A stretch of 63,982 nt of DNA, filler included, from Perkinsus chesapeaki ATCC PRA-425 (Eukaryota > Protista > Perkinsozoa), in NCBI GenBank assembly GCA_013115145.1. It is 12 parts of 12 records of this genome, joined end to end, with 100 filler letters (N's around TTAATTAATTAA, not from the genome) between each part and the next. Parts side by side here need not be neighbours in the genome. Positions count along the whole stretch, not along the records: positions 1 to 9,941 come from JAAPAO010000917.1; positions 10,042 to 37,991 come from JAAPAO010000484.1; 10 more parts are not named here. One strand, given 5' to 3'. The notes beneath the pieces were generated by a model. The model did not search any database. It was not told where the DNA came from and was given only the letters and a program-made list of their open reading frames with translations. Positions 1 through 11,618 of the stretch are shown piece after piece (position 1 is the stretch's first letter; every line of letters starts with the position of its first letter). The position numbers and the translations under genes are program-made.

Positions 1-290
1 CCATGCATCTCACGGTTTCGCCGAGGCGAGCGAATATATAGAATCTTTACAGTGCGAGATATCAAGGACATCTTCTCTTGAGAGGCAAAATGTGGCCTGC
101 ACACGATAACCTAGGTGCAACCGAACACAAGGTGTGGCGCAGAAGGCGTTTCCGAACTTCTAAATGCGAAGTAGGATAGATACAACTAATCAGAAGTCCT
201 GTAACAAATTCTATAAATTGCGGATTATCCTACAGATGATGGGTCGACATTCGTGAGGATAGACTACATCTGATGGCATTGAAGTGGATC

Positions 291-1031
291 TCACGTATGC
301 TCGCAGTAACTGGACATGAAAACCGAACGACCTCCTCTGCCGACCATCACCGTTGAGTTGTTCTCGAGATGAAATTGTACGTAGAAACCAAAATCGACAT
401 ACGGGAAACCCCAAGGACTGGGCCAGGCGGGTATGATATCCTCAACTCCCTCATGAGTGGACTTCCTTTTGAGGTACGGGAGCTCCTCAAAGTATATGAC
501 GACATGGCGGTTGACGACAAAAAACCCAACGAGATAACGATCGTAGAAATACACACGAGATGATTCTCTCACGCCGAACTCACCGTACGCCTCAGCGGTA
601 CATGTGGTTATAATTGGGAACAGTGACATAGTTGTCGTTGCAGGAGTTGGTGATGCTTTCACCGCTCGCCGTAGAGATCTGGTATTCTTCGCTCTCCGAA
701 GGGCCACAGCATGGACATACCTCGAACCATCACGTACGCCAAGCAGAATCTCATCCGTTACCTCGACGTACATCAGCTCCCAGAAGTGGTAAACATATGG
801 GAACCTTGTGACGTCATTCGGGAAGGTGGAAGCATTCAAGTTGATTAAGCCCGTCTTGTTATCATATGCATACGGCACTCCATTGAAGACAATTTTGACC
901 CTTTCAACCTCAAGCACGCCAGAGAGGCACTCTGGCGTTTGAATGAAGATGTGGGTGTTTGTTGTAAAGTATTTCAATCGGGCTATAGTAGAGACCGATA
1001 GGGATATTGCCGTGTGCATATAAAATGTCAC
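291..1031 (-). CDS. Hypothetical protein, probably spliced, lineage-specific family (partial model)
   Basis: 246-aa ORF with natural composition in its N-terminal two thirds and a Thr/Pro linker (SPTPATTT). No family motif recognised; exon boundaries unresolved. Confidence 0.4.
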   Translation of the reverse strand: MTFYMHTAISLSVSTIARLKYFTTNTHIFIQTPECLSGVLEVERVKIVFNGVPYAYDNKTGLINLNASTFPNDVTRFPYVYHFWELMYVEVTDEILLGVRDGSRYVHAVALRRAKNTRSLRRAVKASPTPATTTMSLFPIITTCTAEAYGEFGVRESSRVYFYDRYLVGFFVVNRHVVIYFEELPYLKRKSTHEGVEDIIPAWPSPWGFPYVDFGFYVQFHLENNSTVMVGRGGRSVFMSSYCEHT

Positions 1032-1737
1032 AAGTACCAGCGATAAGGGTGAGGAGTTGTAAAAGCATCAAATACCACGAAACGTCAAAGCACGAAGACG
1101 GTAGTTCACCGCTGGTTGGACGAACAACGCGCCACCAGTTTGGTGACCGTGACAGCGCGGAAGACTGTCGCGGTCTTGTGCACGTCACGAGGTTGGCATC
1201 GGATGAAGTATCTCACTCAATATAATGACTCATCATTGATGAATAACATCGGCGGATAGGTCTTCCGGTGCATTATCTAAAAATGCCGAAGAAAAACTAC
1301 ACTGAGAGACCAGGTCATGAGGGGTTCAAGGGTTAAACTTTAACCCGTGATGGACGAAGAAAAAGAAGCCTTAGGCGATCACTGATGCTCTAACTTAGAA
1401 CACCAATGATATCCTTCTCAAGTGCGAAGAAGGTGGACCGCAAATCATGCCATGGAGTACTTCGTGAATGCCAGGAATGCGAATTCCAACGAGGGACCCT
1501 TCGTGGGATATACTTAATATAAGATCTTTGTAAGAATACTATAGTTATCCCAACGTTGCCTTTCAAAGATAATCTTTGCTAAGTATTAATTCTTATTATT
1601 GATTACCTGTATATGAGATGGTTGGATTATATTATGTGTAAAGGTTCATCGGTTATTGTGCTTTACAGCTATGTGAATCAGTGACAACGAGAATAACCAA
1701 TTACGACTGGCAGGAGCGGACTCAGCTCAGCTGAGAA

Positions 1738-1983
1738 CACTCACGACTCCCGACAGTGTTGTATTAGGTTCACTCACGACTCCCAACAGTGTTGTATTAG
1801 GTTCACTCACGNNNNNNNNNNNNNNNNNNNNNNNNNNNNNNNNNNNNNNNNNNNNNNNNNNNNNNNNNNNNNNNNNNNNNNNNNNNNNNNNNNNNNNNNN
1901 NNNNNNNNNGACTCCCAACAGTGTTGTATTAGGTTCACTCACGACTCCCAACAGTGTTGTATTAGGTTCACTCACGACTCCCG
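1738..1983. repeat. 33-bp minisatellite spanning an N gap
   Basis: Unit GACTCCCAACAGTGTTGTATTAGGTTCACTCAC repeated head-to-tail with no spacers. It reads VSEPNTTLLGV on the minus strand, but coding status is unproven. Confidence 0.9.
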
Positions 1984-2275
1984 TAGTGGTTTTCTTATTT
2001 CCAGATTTAGTTGCCTTCCTGAAAGGTCCTTTCACCATCCCCTCGAGGGATTCACTGTTTCCAGTTGGGGGCCTCGTGACGGAAGTTCCGTTCTCACGCG
2101 TGTGACGCGGCGGTACAAGATAAGTTGTTTCGATGAATCGATTGACAAGGATTCTCTCTAAGAGTCTCTCTCACGACGAACCACGAAGTCCAATAGCAAC
2201 TTAACAACACCATAAAACAGTCCAAGGAGAAACGTTAATGAACAGCTATTGACGTTGGTAACCTCAAGGGTTCTT

Positions 2276-5200
2276 CTATTCCTCTTGCATCCGGCGAATC
2301 TTGGATAAATACTTCTGCTCGGTCTCGAGGAGTTTATCAGCTTCACGCTTGCGTCCAGCACGCTTGCGAACTCTCGAAGGGAACTCGGTGGCTGAGAGCG
2401 TGCCATTTAAAAAGCCACTCGGGATACCATTCTTACCGTCCGCATTTTCCTGTCGTGACTTGGCGACTGCTTGAGCTAGCCTTTCGAGTTCTTGGCGATC
2501 TTCCGCGAATTCAGTTGGCTGATCGGAAAGAAGATGCATGTTGGAAGCGCACTGTGCCTGTTATACGGTATTAATGATACTATAAGACCATAACTAGATC
2601 GCTCCAAACCAGCAGCGGAACAGGCAAAGGGTTTTATGCTTTAAAGTATTGTTTACCTTCTCCTTTTTCTCTTGTTCTTTTTGTTCCATCTTACGTGCCC
2701 TCCGTCTAGCACCTGGACTCAGCTTCTTGCGAATGGAACTGTCACCACCAGCTGCGGTTTCGTCGGTACCTTCGGCAGTCTTGTCGACCTAATAGGCAGA
2801 TCACAGCACACTTTCATGTGTCGATGGGACCTTCTCAGTGGCTTCGCCATCAGCAGCAACGAGCTCTTCGGCTCTTTTACGACGAGCCGCTCTTTGTCGA
2901 GCTCCTCTACCTCCCTTATGTGACTTTTCGACATCCTTGTGGACTTCCTGAGAGAAAATAAATGCAACATGAAAGAATCGAACCTGGGTTTTCATAATGG
3001 AAAGTTTGGAAACTAACCAACTGGACTATACAAATACAGAGAAATGCCATCGACACGACTGACAGTTATTTCTTTCTTCTTTTCCATCTGCTTCTGCTTT
3101 GAATGCTCCAATTGCCTTAATGCTCGTTTATCTTCAATTGCGAACTCTACAATAGGTCGACGATCTGAGTCGAGATATCTGCAAAATAATCGATAATCAT
3201 CGAAGCGAAGCTGTAGTCGTGCCCGCAGCCACCGAGATGCCTTTGTCTCCACCAAGTACAATTGATTCCCCCAAAAAACTTGAAATTTATATCACAGGCA
3301 CGGCTCGACAAGAGGTAATTGTTCGGCATAAGCTGCCAAATTAACCGGAACTACATCCTGGAATGTTGGACGAGATAAGGAGAATACGGTATGACAGCCG
3401 CCGCCACCGATGTGCCCACCACTACTACTTGTTATTGTTATTCATCATTCTTAAGCACTTTAAAGCAACTTGATTATTTCTGAAGTCCGCAAAGGCATAC
3501 CCCTTGCATCGCTTCGTTGTAGCCCCGGTATCATCTCCTGGGATGGGAACTCTTCTTTCCTCATCAACGAGTACAGTCACCTGCCCACATCACCTCAGAA
3601 CCAGCAAAATAAGCCTTTACCGTCTTCCAGAGCCTTGAGAGCTCCAAGGGGAGTATCTCCACGTAAAGTCAGAGACAAATGAGCTCGAGTTCCGAACGAT
3701 TGCCCTATCGCTTTTATTACCTTCACTGAATGCCTTGTACTGGCCTTTACATTAGCCTCCTTCAAGGCCTCATCGATAGCGTGCTTCAGAGACTGCTTTG
3801 TGGTGTGAACAGCCAAGTTCCGGATGGACAATCGGAGAGGATTTAATATGAAGTTGGTGTTGTTATACATCTTATATCTGATAGAAAAAGAGGATTCCGG
3901 AGCGACTTGTCGAAATTACTACTTCCTTTCCTTCCAGGATGCCTCCCTCAAACGCTTCTCGGAAGCGGTCAGTTTGAGGAACTCCTCGGATTCTAAATTA
4001 AAATGATGTCGCCTCTGGGGTTCGAACCCACGACTCTTAGACAGTGAGCGGATTCAAAGGTCAGAATGGAATATCGGAAAGTATGCCAGCTTTACCTGGG
4101 TCGATGTAGCCCTCTTTGAGGAGATGAAGATTCTTCTTGCTATCCGCATTCGACTTCTTCTCCGCCGCCTTAGCAACCTTGAAAACAAAACCTACTCCCC
4201 CTCCTGCGCATCCTAACCTATTTCGTATCTTACCCTAATCAACCTAAGATACCCCCTACTACCTCATCCGGTTTCATAGCTCTATTAACAACCACTCTCC
4301 TTCCTCCCACATGTATCCCAACTCCCTCTAGGTTGGCCGTGGCCGCAGCGCTGCTCATCGATTTCTCCTCCTTGGCCGCCAAGCCCAGCACCTGCAGAAT
4401 GACCCACCGTTCCAAGTGTTCCGTACTGCCCTGCGCCCTTCATCGATTCTCGCTGTTTTCATCGTTTACACTTTTAGAGTTTATTGCGGGATTACCAGAA
4501 TCCACAGGGACATTGGATACCTCAGACCGATGAACAGAGTTCAATCTGTTCTTAACTTGGAGGAAAACTCTCGGCGTCCGTTCTCTTTCTCAAGCAATGA
4601 AATTGCCATCAAACTTCCTTTTGTCCCTCTGTACTATGAATTTCACCACCCTCAGCATTCCCGTATGGCCTTCTGAACCCCTGGCAGTTCTATTATTCGT
4701 CGTTCCCGATTCCCTCCTCTATATTACCCTATTTGCCTTCTCCTCAATCTCCAATAACCTGTCCGCAAGCTCCCTCGAACCTGATGGTATCTTAGCTTCA
4801 CCCATGCATGTCAGCTCTTACGCATTTTCACGAAAGCCTTGCCACTTGAAGGATGCTCCCCACCCCCCACAAACTTCACAAACACTACTGGTTGCTTCAC
4901 TTCCTCTCCATCAGCCTTCAGTTGCTCAGCCAACTCGGTAACGACATCAGGAATGCCACAGTTAAAAGGCAGATTTCGGATCTGAAGAACACATTTCGAA
5001 ATCAAACTTAATTCTGAGTTAAATTAATTTTCACTTTCAGTCTGTATATTATTCAGAGATACATATTTGATTCACACCGCCGTCCTTGACTATTACAAAA
5101 AGAGTCTTTCCCTCAGCCAGGTCGAATCCACATTGTCGCTTCGCCTTTGGTGATTCATCCCCACTGTCCTCTTCGTCCTCGTCAGACCCGCCGTCCTCCC

Positions 5201-6282
5201 CTTCCGATTGCTCCTCCTCAACCTGACGAAAGTAACTTCAATTTCATTTATTAAAATATTACTTCGTCGATTTCCTCCTTAACTTGCTCCTCCTCCTCTT
5301 TTTCCTCTTCCTTCTCCCTTTGCCGCTTCTCTCGTTTCTTCTTAGCAAAAGTCCGAGTATCCACACTCAGGTCCACCGCAACCTGACTTATCCAGATTCC
5401 CTTTCCAGAATTCGATATCAACCCCTCCGACGAAAGTAACAGCAAAATGCTTTCGGGTTTACAAAAGACCAAGGAGTTCGGTATTCATCAAAACCGAGAC
5501 ACCGGCACTTCTGTGACGGTAAGTGGAATCCCATAACTTCATATATGGCTACATTCTCCCTCACGGTTGTTATGATGATAAATGAGTCCGGTTAAAGTAT
5601 ACGGAGGTCTATATAAAAAGGGGTTCTGTATAAAGGTCTATGGGCGGGCAAGAAAGCCCTCTTTAAGTCAAGTATCATATCATCATAAGTTTGCCTGTGT
5701 TAGCCTGGCCTCTGAGGGCTTTTAGTAGGTATGGGTTATCGAGTCCCGCAGTATCCTTACGAGGGTCACCTCCCTTCATTCCCTCACCCACACAAAGACT
5801 CCAAAAATGCGTCAAAGAGTGATGTGTAGATTCGCAATATCGCTCTGAGGTTTTCCGGTCAGCACAGATCGACGGCAATTAAGAACCTTCCCTTGTTGTT
5901 TTTACTACCTGTCTTCCTCTCACTTTCAACCCCTGCGATGAGGTACTGGCCGCAACAACCTTCTCAGCATCTTTCCGGCTTGGAAATTGAACAAAAGCGA
6001 AACCACTGAAGGTTGAAGCGTGCACTTAGCAGAATGAAAAGATACTACCCGTGAGGGAAGGGCCAACTTGGTTTGTTGGACGGCTTCTCGCCGAGGACAA
6101 CTTCCTCAATTTTACCAAAGCGGGACATCGCTCTAATAAATGGCATATCCACCTTCTCTACTCCTTTATTACTTGACCAGATCTGGCTTCATGGCCCGAT
6201 AGGAAAGATTTCGGACAATCACTCGACCATCTTTCGAATGCTGCTGCTGCGTTGCTCCTCCTCCTCCTGTATCGGTCGGCAT
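2276..6282 (-). CDS. RBM28: RNA-binding protein 28 / Nop4-like multi-RRM nucleolar protein (multi-exon)
   Basis: ATG at 6282 (MPTDTGGGG..GRVIVRNLSYRA). Further RRM starts LQIRNLPF and NPLRLSIRNL, plus the RBM28-typical KNLHLLKEGYI and RRPIVEFAIED motifs. Many GT-AG introns; last exon ends QKYLSKIRRMQEE*. Confidence 0.85.
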
Positions 6283-6644
6283 TAAAAGGACAATGAACCT
6301 TAGATGACTGCAGTGGATTGGTCGATAGTCTCGACTCGAAACGGTACGGATGTTGGTAGCTCGGTGAGCAGCAAAGGGAGAAGATTCAGCAGAAAGAGAG
6401 CTTCAACCTGATAGATAAGTCCAACAATCCAAGCCATCGGCTTCAACGACGATCTGCCGAAAACGTGGTATGACAGTAGTTCCTGCACGCATGCACAAAT
6501 ACAGTAGCGCGCGCCATTAAATTCGTGACTGTTATAGTAGCAGTATACAATCATCGTTCAACGGATCAACAATATACCTATCAGGGGTTGGGTGGTAGCT
6601 AGGGCTCCATCGACAACAATAAACCGTATGCAGTTGTGACTGTT

Positions 6645-8808
6645 ATGTCTTCCGGCCCAACAGTTCAAGGCCCAGTAGCGGTTCAAGATCTCCTCAGTGA
6701 AGCGTCTAAGCGTTTTGAGGAGGAGTTCCTCAGACGACCAGATGCCTTTAGTGTCAGTCCTGCTGCCCTGCCACTATTAGGTAATGCATGCAATCGACCT
6801 CCAAAAATATCTTTCAGGTACCAGTGCTGTCCATGAGAATATATCAGTGAGTGTAGCCGTGGATCGATATACTGTTATAGTGGGCAGAGCTCAGCCTGAT
6901 GTGCCAGAGGTAAGCTAAAGTGGTATGCATCTCACCAGTGGCATTGGCATTAGTATTGGCTTTAGTTTAGTCTTGATATAAAATGTTGAGAAATACCTTT
7001 TAAGATCTTGACAATACGTATCTTGGCATTAATATACCTGATGAATCCGGGTCACTATGATGTGCGGCATGGTATTGAACTCACAATACCTCCGACAGAC
7101 TAGCAGTCCTCTGCGGAGTCGTTCTGGAAGATATCTCCATCATTACTCTGAGTTCTCAGGTTAAAGTGGTTTCTACCTCGTCTGCCAGGGTATGCACATT
7201 TCCGTTGCCTTCTTTGGATGACGAAGAGCTACTCGTTGATACTTCACTAGTGGAGGAAGAGCTTAAAGGACAGCACCATCGGTGTGATTGGTACTAAACT
7301 GGACGGAAAATTTCAAGGCAGTGTCCTCGCCATTCTGGAGAACTCCTTATATGTTAAGATGGGCAGATTTGTCGACGTTTAAGGTAGCATCTGAATTTGT
7401 TCACGTGGCTTGATATTTCCGAATCGATTGTTGTATATCAAGGCCATATTTCGTAAGACTATTCTTGCATGTCCCGGTTGTTCGGAGGGGAAATTGTCGG
7501 ATACAGTTGAGGAGGGAGACTAACAGCAATTCCGTGTTCGACTGTGCGTCATTGTCTACTACTTGAGTTGATGGAATTTATGCTTTTCTTGACAAAATGA
7601 GTCTCGGATGAAGTTTGCTCACCGTTGCCTCGATGAGGCCAGAAGTACTATCTCATCAGTATGGTGACCTGGAATGATTCCGGTCACTTGAAGTGCTCAT
7701 ATTGATACACCCTCACTTCCCCTGGCAGGTGCTATATAATCAGGAGTCTGGTCCACGAACTGAGGCAGCTTACTGGTATTGATATCTCAGGATTCATGGC
7801 AGTTGTCCACAGTAAGAGGGAGCGCACAAAGTCTGTCCCCCTCGTTTTCGTACCAGTCAGCGGTTTAGACAAATGGCTGATCACCCCGAATCCGCAATCA
7901 CTTCCGGCGAATCACAGACTTTTGATTTACAAAATGAGCTAGGGAAAGGCGCAAAAATTGATTCGCACCTGCTACGTCGCTGGATCAATGCAAGGGGTAA
8001 CCGTCGAACGATGGATACCATTCACACCTATGGGAAAGTCAGATGTTACAGAACGCATGAACGAGCGGCGGCACAGTTTAGGTTTTGTGGGATAGTTTCT
8101 TTCACGTGCTCACGTCACCATGGCGTGGGAAGTTTTTGGGAAGGTGGAGTTTGCTGCTGCTGCTGTTTTTGTAAGGTACGATACCATTAAGTCAGTCCAT
8201 GAACAGTTCAGCTGCGTTAGAGGTGGCTATGGCTGCTTTATTGCAGCGCTTATTCCCGCAAAGCTTCTGTACTGTGAGTCAGATGGATGTACTATTAGCA
8301 TGCAGACGAGCAGATCAAAAGTAGTAATATGCGGGCGTGATTTGGCATGGCTGGGAGGAACAGTGTTATCCTTAGAGGCATAAACTTACTTTTATTTCCA
8401 CTGTATACGTCTCGTCAACTTTAACGTTCGCACTCGGTCGGAAATTGTTCTGCTCTCTATCATCTGCTTGCGCTACACCGGGAACGTCTCAAACAAGAAC
8501 TGGAGAACTCTGCTCGGTGATGTACGGTGAAAGTGGAGACTTTGATATGATAAATAGTGTCTCTGATGTTTATTAGATGTTCGGCAGTTGGATCGAATGC
8601 ATTTACTTCATCAGCTTTGGAGCAGCTCACCTGTACATTTTCAAGACAGATGCATGCTTTGCATGCTGATGCAAGTGATGTAGTGAAGGGAGGAGGAGGA
8701 GATAGGATCTACAGGGTGTCCCGAAAAAAAAGTGTTTTTTTGAATAACTTCCTCAGGAGGGCGAATATTTCGACGACACGTGCGACGCTCGAAAGCCCTC
8801 GAAAGTGA
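6645..8808 (+). CDS. Divergent galactokinase-like GHMP-family protein (multi-exon; 3' end runs into a MITE)
   Basis: N-terminal FSVSPAALPLLG..VSVAVDRYTVIVG resembles GalK APGRVNLIGEH..MAID..T. C-terminal SCVRGGYGCFIAALIP resembles GARxxGGGFGGCxVAL. Internal exons only partly traced. Confidence 0.55.
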
Positions 8809-9028
8809 CTTTCTAACATCATACGGCCCATGATGACATTCGATTGGGCTGGCGAGAAATTTAGATTTTAAAATCACACAAAAATCGGTTTTAATGGAAG
8901 AGGTCAGATCAGTTCTTTCATACCCTTAGAAAGTCCCTCTCGAGGGCTTTCGAGCGTCGCACGTGTCGTCGAAATATTCGCCCTCCTGAGGAAGTTATTC
9001 AAAAAAACACTTTTTTGGGGACAGCCTG
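8712..9028. mobile_element. Tc1/mariner-type MITE, 317 bp, ~90-bp TIRs, TA target duplication
   Basis: TA|CAGGGTGTCCC...GGGACAGCCTG|TA; the arms are near-identical inverted repeats over ~90 bp. Confidence 0.92.
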
Positions 9029-9030
9029 TA

Positions 9031-9941
9031 TTGAATAGGTTAGTATTGGTTTTGAGGATTGGGATTCCTCCTCGTTGTCTTCTCGATTCTCTAGTGTTTG
9101 CGAATGTTCCATGGGAGTTCAGCACAGTTTCCATCGCGTAGATTGATACTAGGGATTTGGAGTGGGCATGCTCGTGTGCTCATCGCGTAGAGGAAACTGT
9201 CACGCTATTATTGCTCCCACTGTGGAGCAAAGGATCGTCGAAGTCTCCATTGTCACTGGAGAAAGGAGATGGGCTTATTAATCCATTTTAAGAGTTTATG
9301 GAGGCACCTAATATACCTGGGATCTATAGGAACTACAGGGAATAATTCTCCCTTTACTAGAGGCGGGTTTTGTAGCAAGCCTCAAGTTGTTGAACTTTGA
9401 GGATCTTGCAAGATATCGCTGAGAGCTCTCGCATCGGGGGCAGGCTGCAAATTCGTCCTTTCTTTCTCACTGTTATTTTATCGTGCTGTGTATTGGGTGT
9501 TATTTGATCTTATACTTATGTATCTTCAGATGCGTATATTTGACTTCATACCGTTCCCTCCGCAACCGACCATCCGATTGCTTCTGTTCGCTCCACTAGG
9601 ATCACAGGATTCCTTGCAGCTGCCACTTGAGTGAGTTATCAACCACCCGCATCAATTCTCCCATATAATGTCAACCATTGGGAGCTCTACTTTTGCATTA
9701 TAGAAAATTGTGAGGTAAATGGCTGTGCTCTCACCGTAGGACTGTAGGATCTGCCCTCCTTATAAACTCCTTCTGAAGTCGTAATAGGACTCCGAAATAT
9801 AGAATTTTGCAGCACCCGAACAGTAGTTGTTGTTGACTTGGTGTAAGTCTTAAGTTGGCCCTTTGTTCTTCTTCCCAGTCGTTGGGATACTGGCAGTCCT
9901 ACTGATGATGAGTTGGCCATAGCTGGAGCACAATTGATGGG
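9031..9941 (-). CDS. Hypothetical spliced gene, 5' part lost at contig end
   Basis: Several short coding-like Ser/Thr/charged segments separated by GT-AG intron-like stretches; no motif. Confidence 0.3.
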
Positions 9942-10041
9942 NNNNNNNNNNNNNNNNNNNNNNNNNNNNNNNNNNNNNNNNNNNNTTAATTAATTAANNN
10001 NNNNNNNNNNNNNNNNNNNNNNNNNNNNNNNNNNNNNNNNN
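9942..10041. other. Artificial contig-joining linker. Same linker at 37992, 39718, 41973, 44615, 46356, 48186, 54168, 55614, 58995, 62698 (each 100 bp)
   Basis: N44-TTAATTAATTAA-N44 puts stops in all six frames and has identical length at all 11 sites. It differs from the plain N gaps at 1812-1909 and 38816-38911. Confidence 0.97.
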
Positions 10042-11393
10042 GATTGGTGGCGCGGATTGTGCGCCAGCTCAATCCTCATCCGCGAGCCCATATCAAGGAT
10101 CGAGGATCACAGTTCTGGCGCCATCATAGCGCCACCATGGCGCTGTTTGTGTATGCCTAACGTCGCTCAACTGTTATGCTGTTACACATATCACTCGTAA
10201 TATGCCCGAGAACCTCTCGATTCTGTAGACTGTGCCACTCCGTTCTATTAGATGCCCCCATCAATTGCCGATATCTAATTCTAATCGAGTGGTTGCAACT
10301 GTTCGAGTCGCTTAGTTCTTAATAAGTACCAACACCTTTGTGCGATACTATTATCGTTCCCCATGCTACCGCCTACGTTCCTAACCCGGAGTGTAGGAGA
10401 CTATTTCGAGCTTCTTTTATATCCATGTAGTCTCGTTCCATGAAAGTGAGAAGGCCTTTCTTTTAAATGCCGAGTATCCCCTGACTTACGCCGCCATTGC
10501 CCCGCCGTTGGGACACCGGCTCATCAAGTATAGCAAGAAAAATCTTTTTTGTTGCGTCGAGGTTGACCACAAGGTTCACCACGCACTCGGTTGACAACAC
10601 GGTTACGCCGAGTAACCTCAATGTGGTTCAGATTGTATCACATATTGCCAGTATGATACTGGGTAGTATACGGCTTCAGCCAAGACTTTACCGCGTGGAC
10701 ATCGTCGAGCAATAGCAGCACGGCCCGCCCGAGTCAGTGAGCTTACACGACAAGTGGCAAACAGCGATCAAGTGACTTACATATTATATTCTTACCATGA
10801 GATCATTTTTATGGAACATTTCTCAGTACGGTGCTTTAGAAGCTCAGCTGCTCCACTGTAGCTGTAGTTGCCCCGGGTAACCGGAACTCACACGTCGGAA
10901 GTTAACACCCTCGATTTACTGTACACTAGCAAGATGTAGAGCTCGTTAAACCACACTGTTCGACGAGCTCAGGGTACGCTGTCCGATCTGAGGTGGCTAC
11001 ACTTACTTCTTGCATGCTTTGAGATGAATAAGTTGTGTGTCGTGTCTCACAATACGCTTCTCGGCGGGTTAAGCCAAGAGCAAGTTTATCTAATAGAAAC
11101 AGTGTGGAAGATAGCCGATGAAACTGAGCACAAGTGAAGCGATTTCCAATGTTTGTAAGGTCGTGAACCCTCCATATCTGTCCTCCTTGAAGCAAGCTAA
11201 CCGTGAAGCTAACGTAAGTGGCTATAGGCTTGCGATAAGCGAGCTACTCGTTGTATTGTGATACACAGAGTGATCCGCCAGGCTGTTGTGAGACCATCGG
11301 GTGTTCATCTTTGACCGTCGTCAGCTATAAAGGCACTCAATTCTCTTATCATTTGTCTGCTTCAGTATCCTTTACAGCCTCCTAAGTTCTCCG

Positions 11394-11499
11394 ACTGGAA
11401 CAAGCAATACCTATGGCATACAAGTTGTATGCCATAGGTATTGCTGGTTCCAGTAACAGATAACAGCAGCGTTGTATGATACAACCTTGCTGTTGTCTG
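11394..11499. repeat. Two adjacent fold-back hairpins ~120-225 bp upstream of TERT
   Basis: 11394-11454: 30-bp arms, 1 mismatch, 1-nt loop. 11457-11499: 12-bp plus 7-bp stems with 1-nt loop. Confidence 0.9.
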
Positions 11500-11618
11500 A
11501 AGCATTCATTTGTTACTTTGAAGACCCAGAATAAGTTGAGTCCATGAGTGTATCAATTCATCGTGTCGATTGATAGAAGCGCACACCTCTCCCAACAGCT
11601 AATTTATGAATCATATTA

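Noticed and set aside
1738-1983. CRISPR array (also considered at 38720-39020 and 56617-56703)
   Set aside because: Head-to-tail repeats with no unique spacers, no cas genes, eukaryotic context.
9942-10041. TTAATTAATTAA palindrome as a biological motif, and gene neighbourhoods across such sites
   Set aside because: It is an artificial six-frame-stop linker inside fixed-length N runs; the flanking contigs are unrelated.
10400-11300. Named gene divergent from TERT (for example GILT-like LYLMSRCP)
   Set aside because: Exons could not be assembled; the motif is too short and in an unexpected position.
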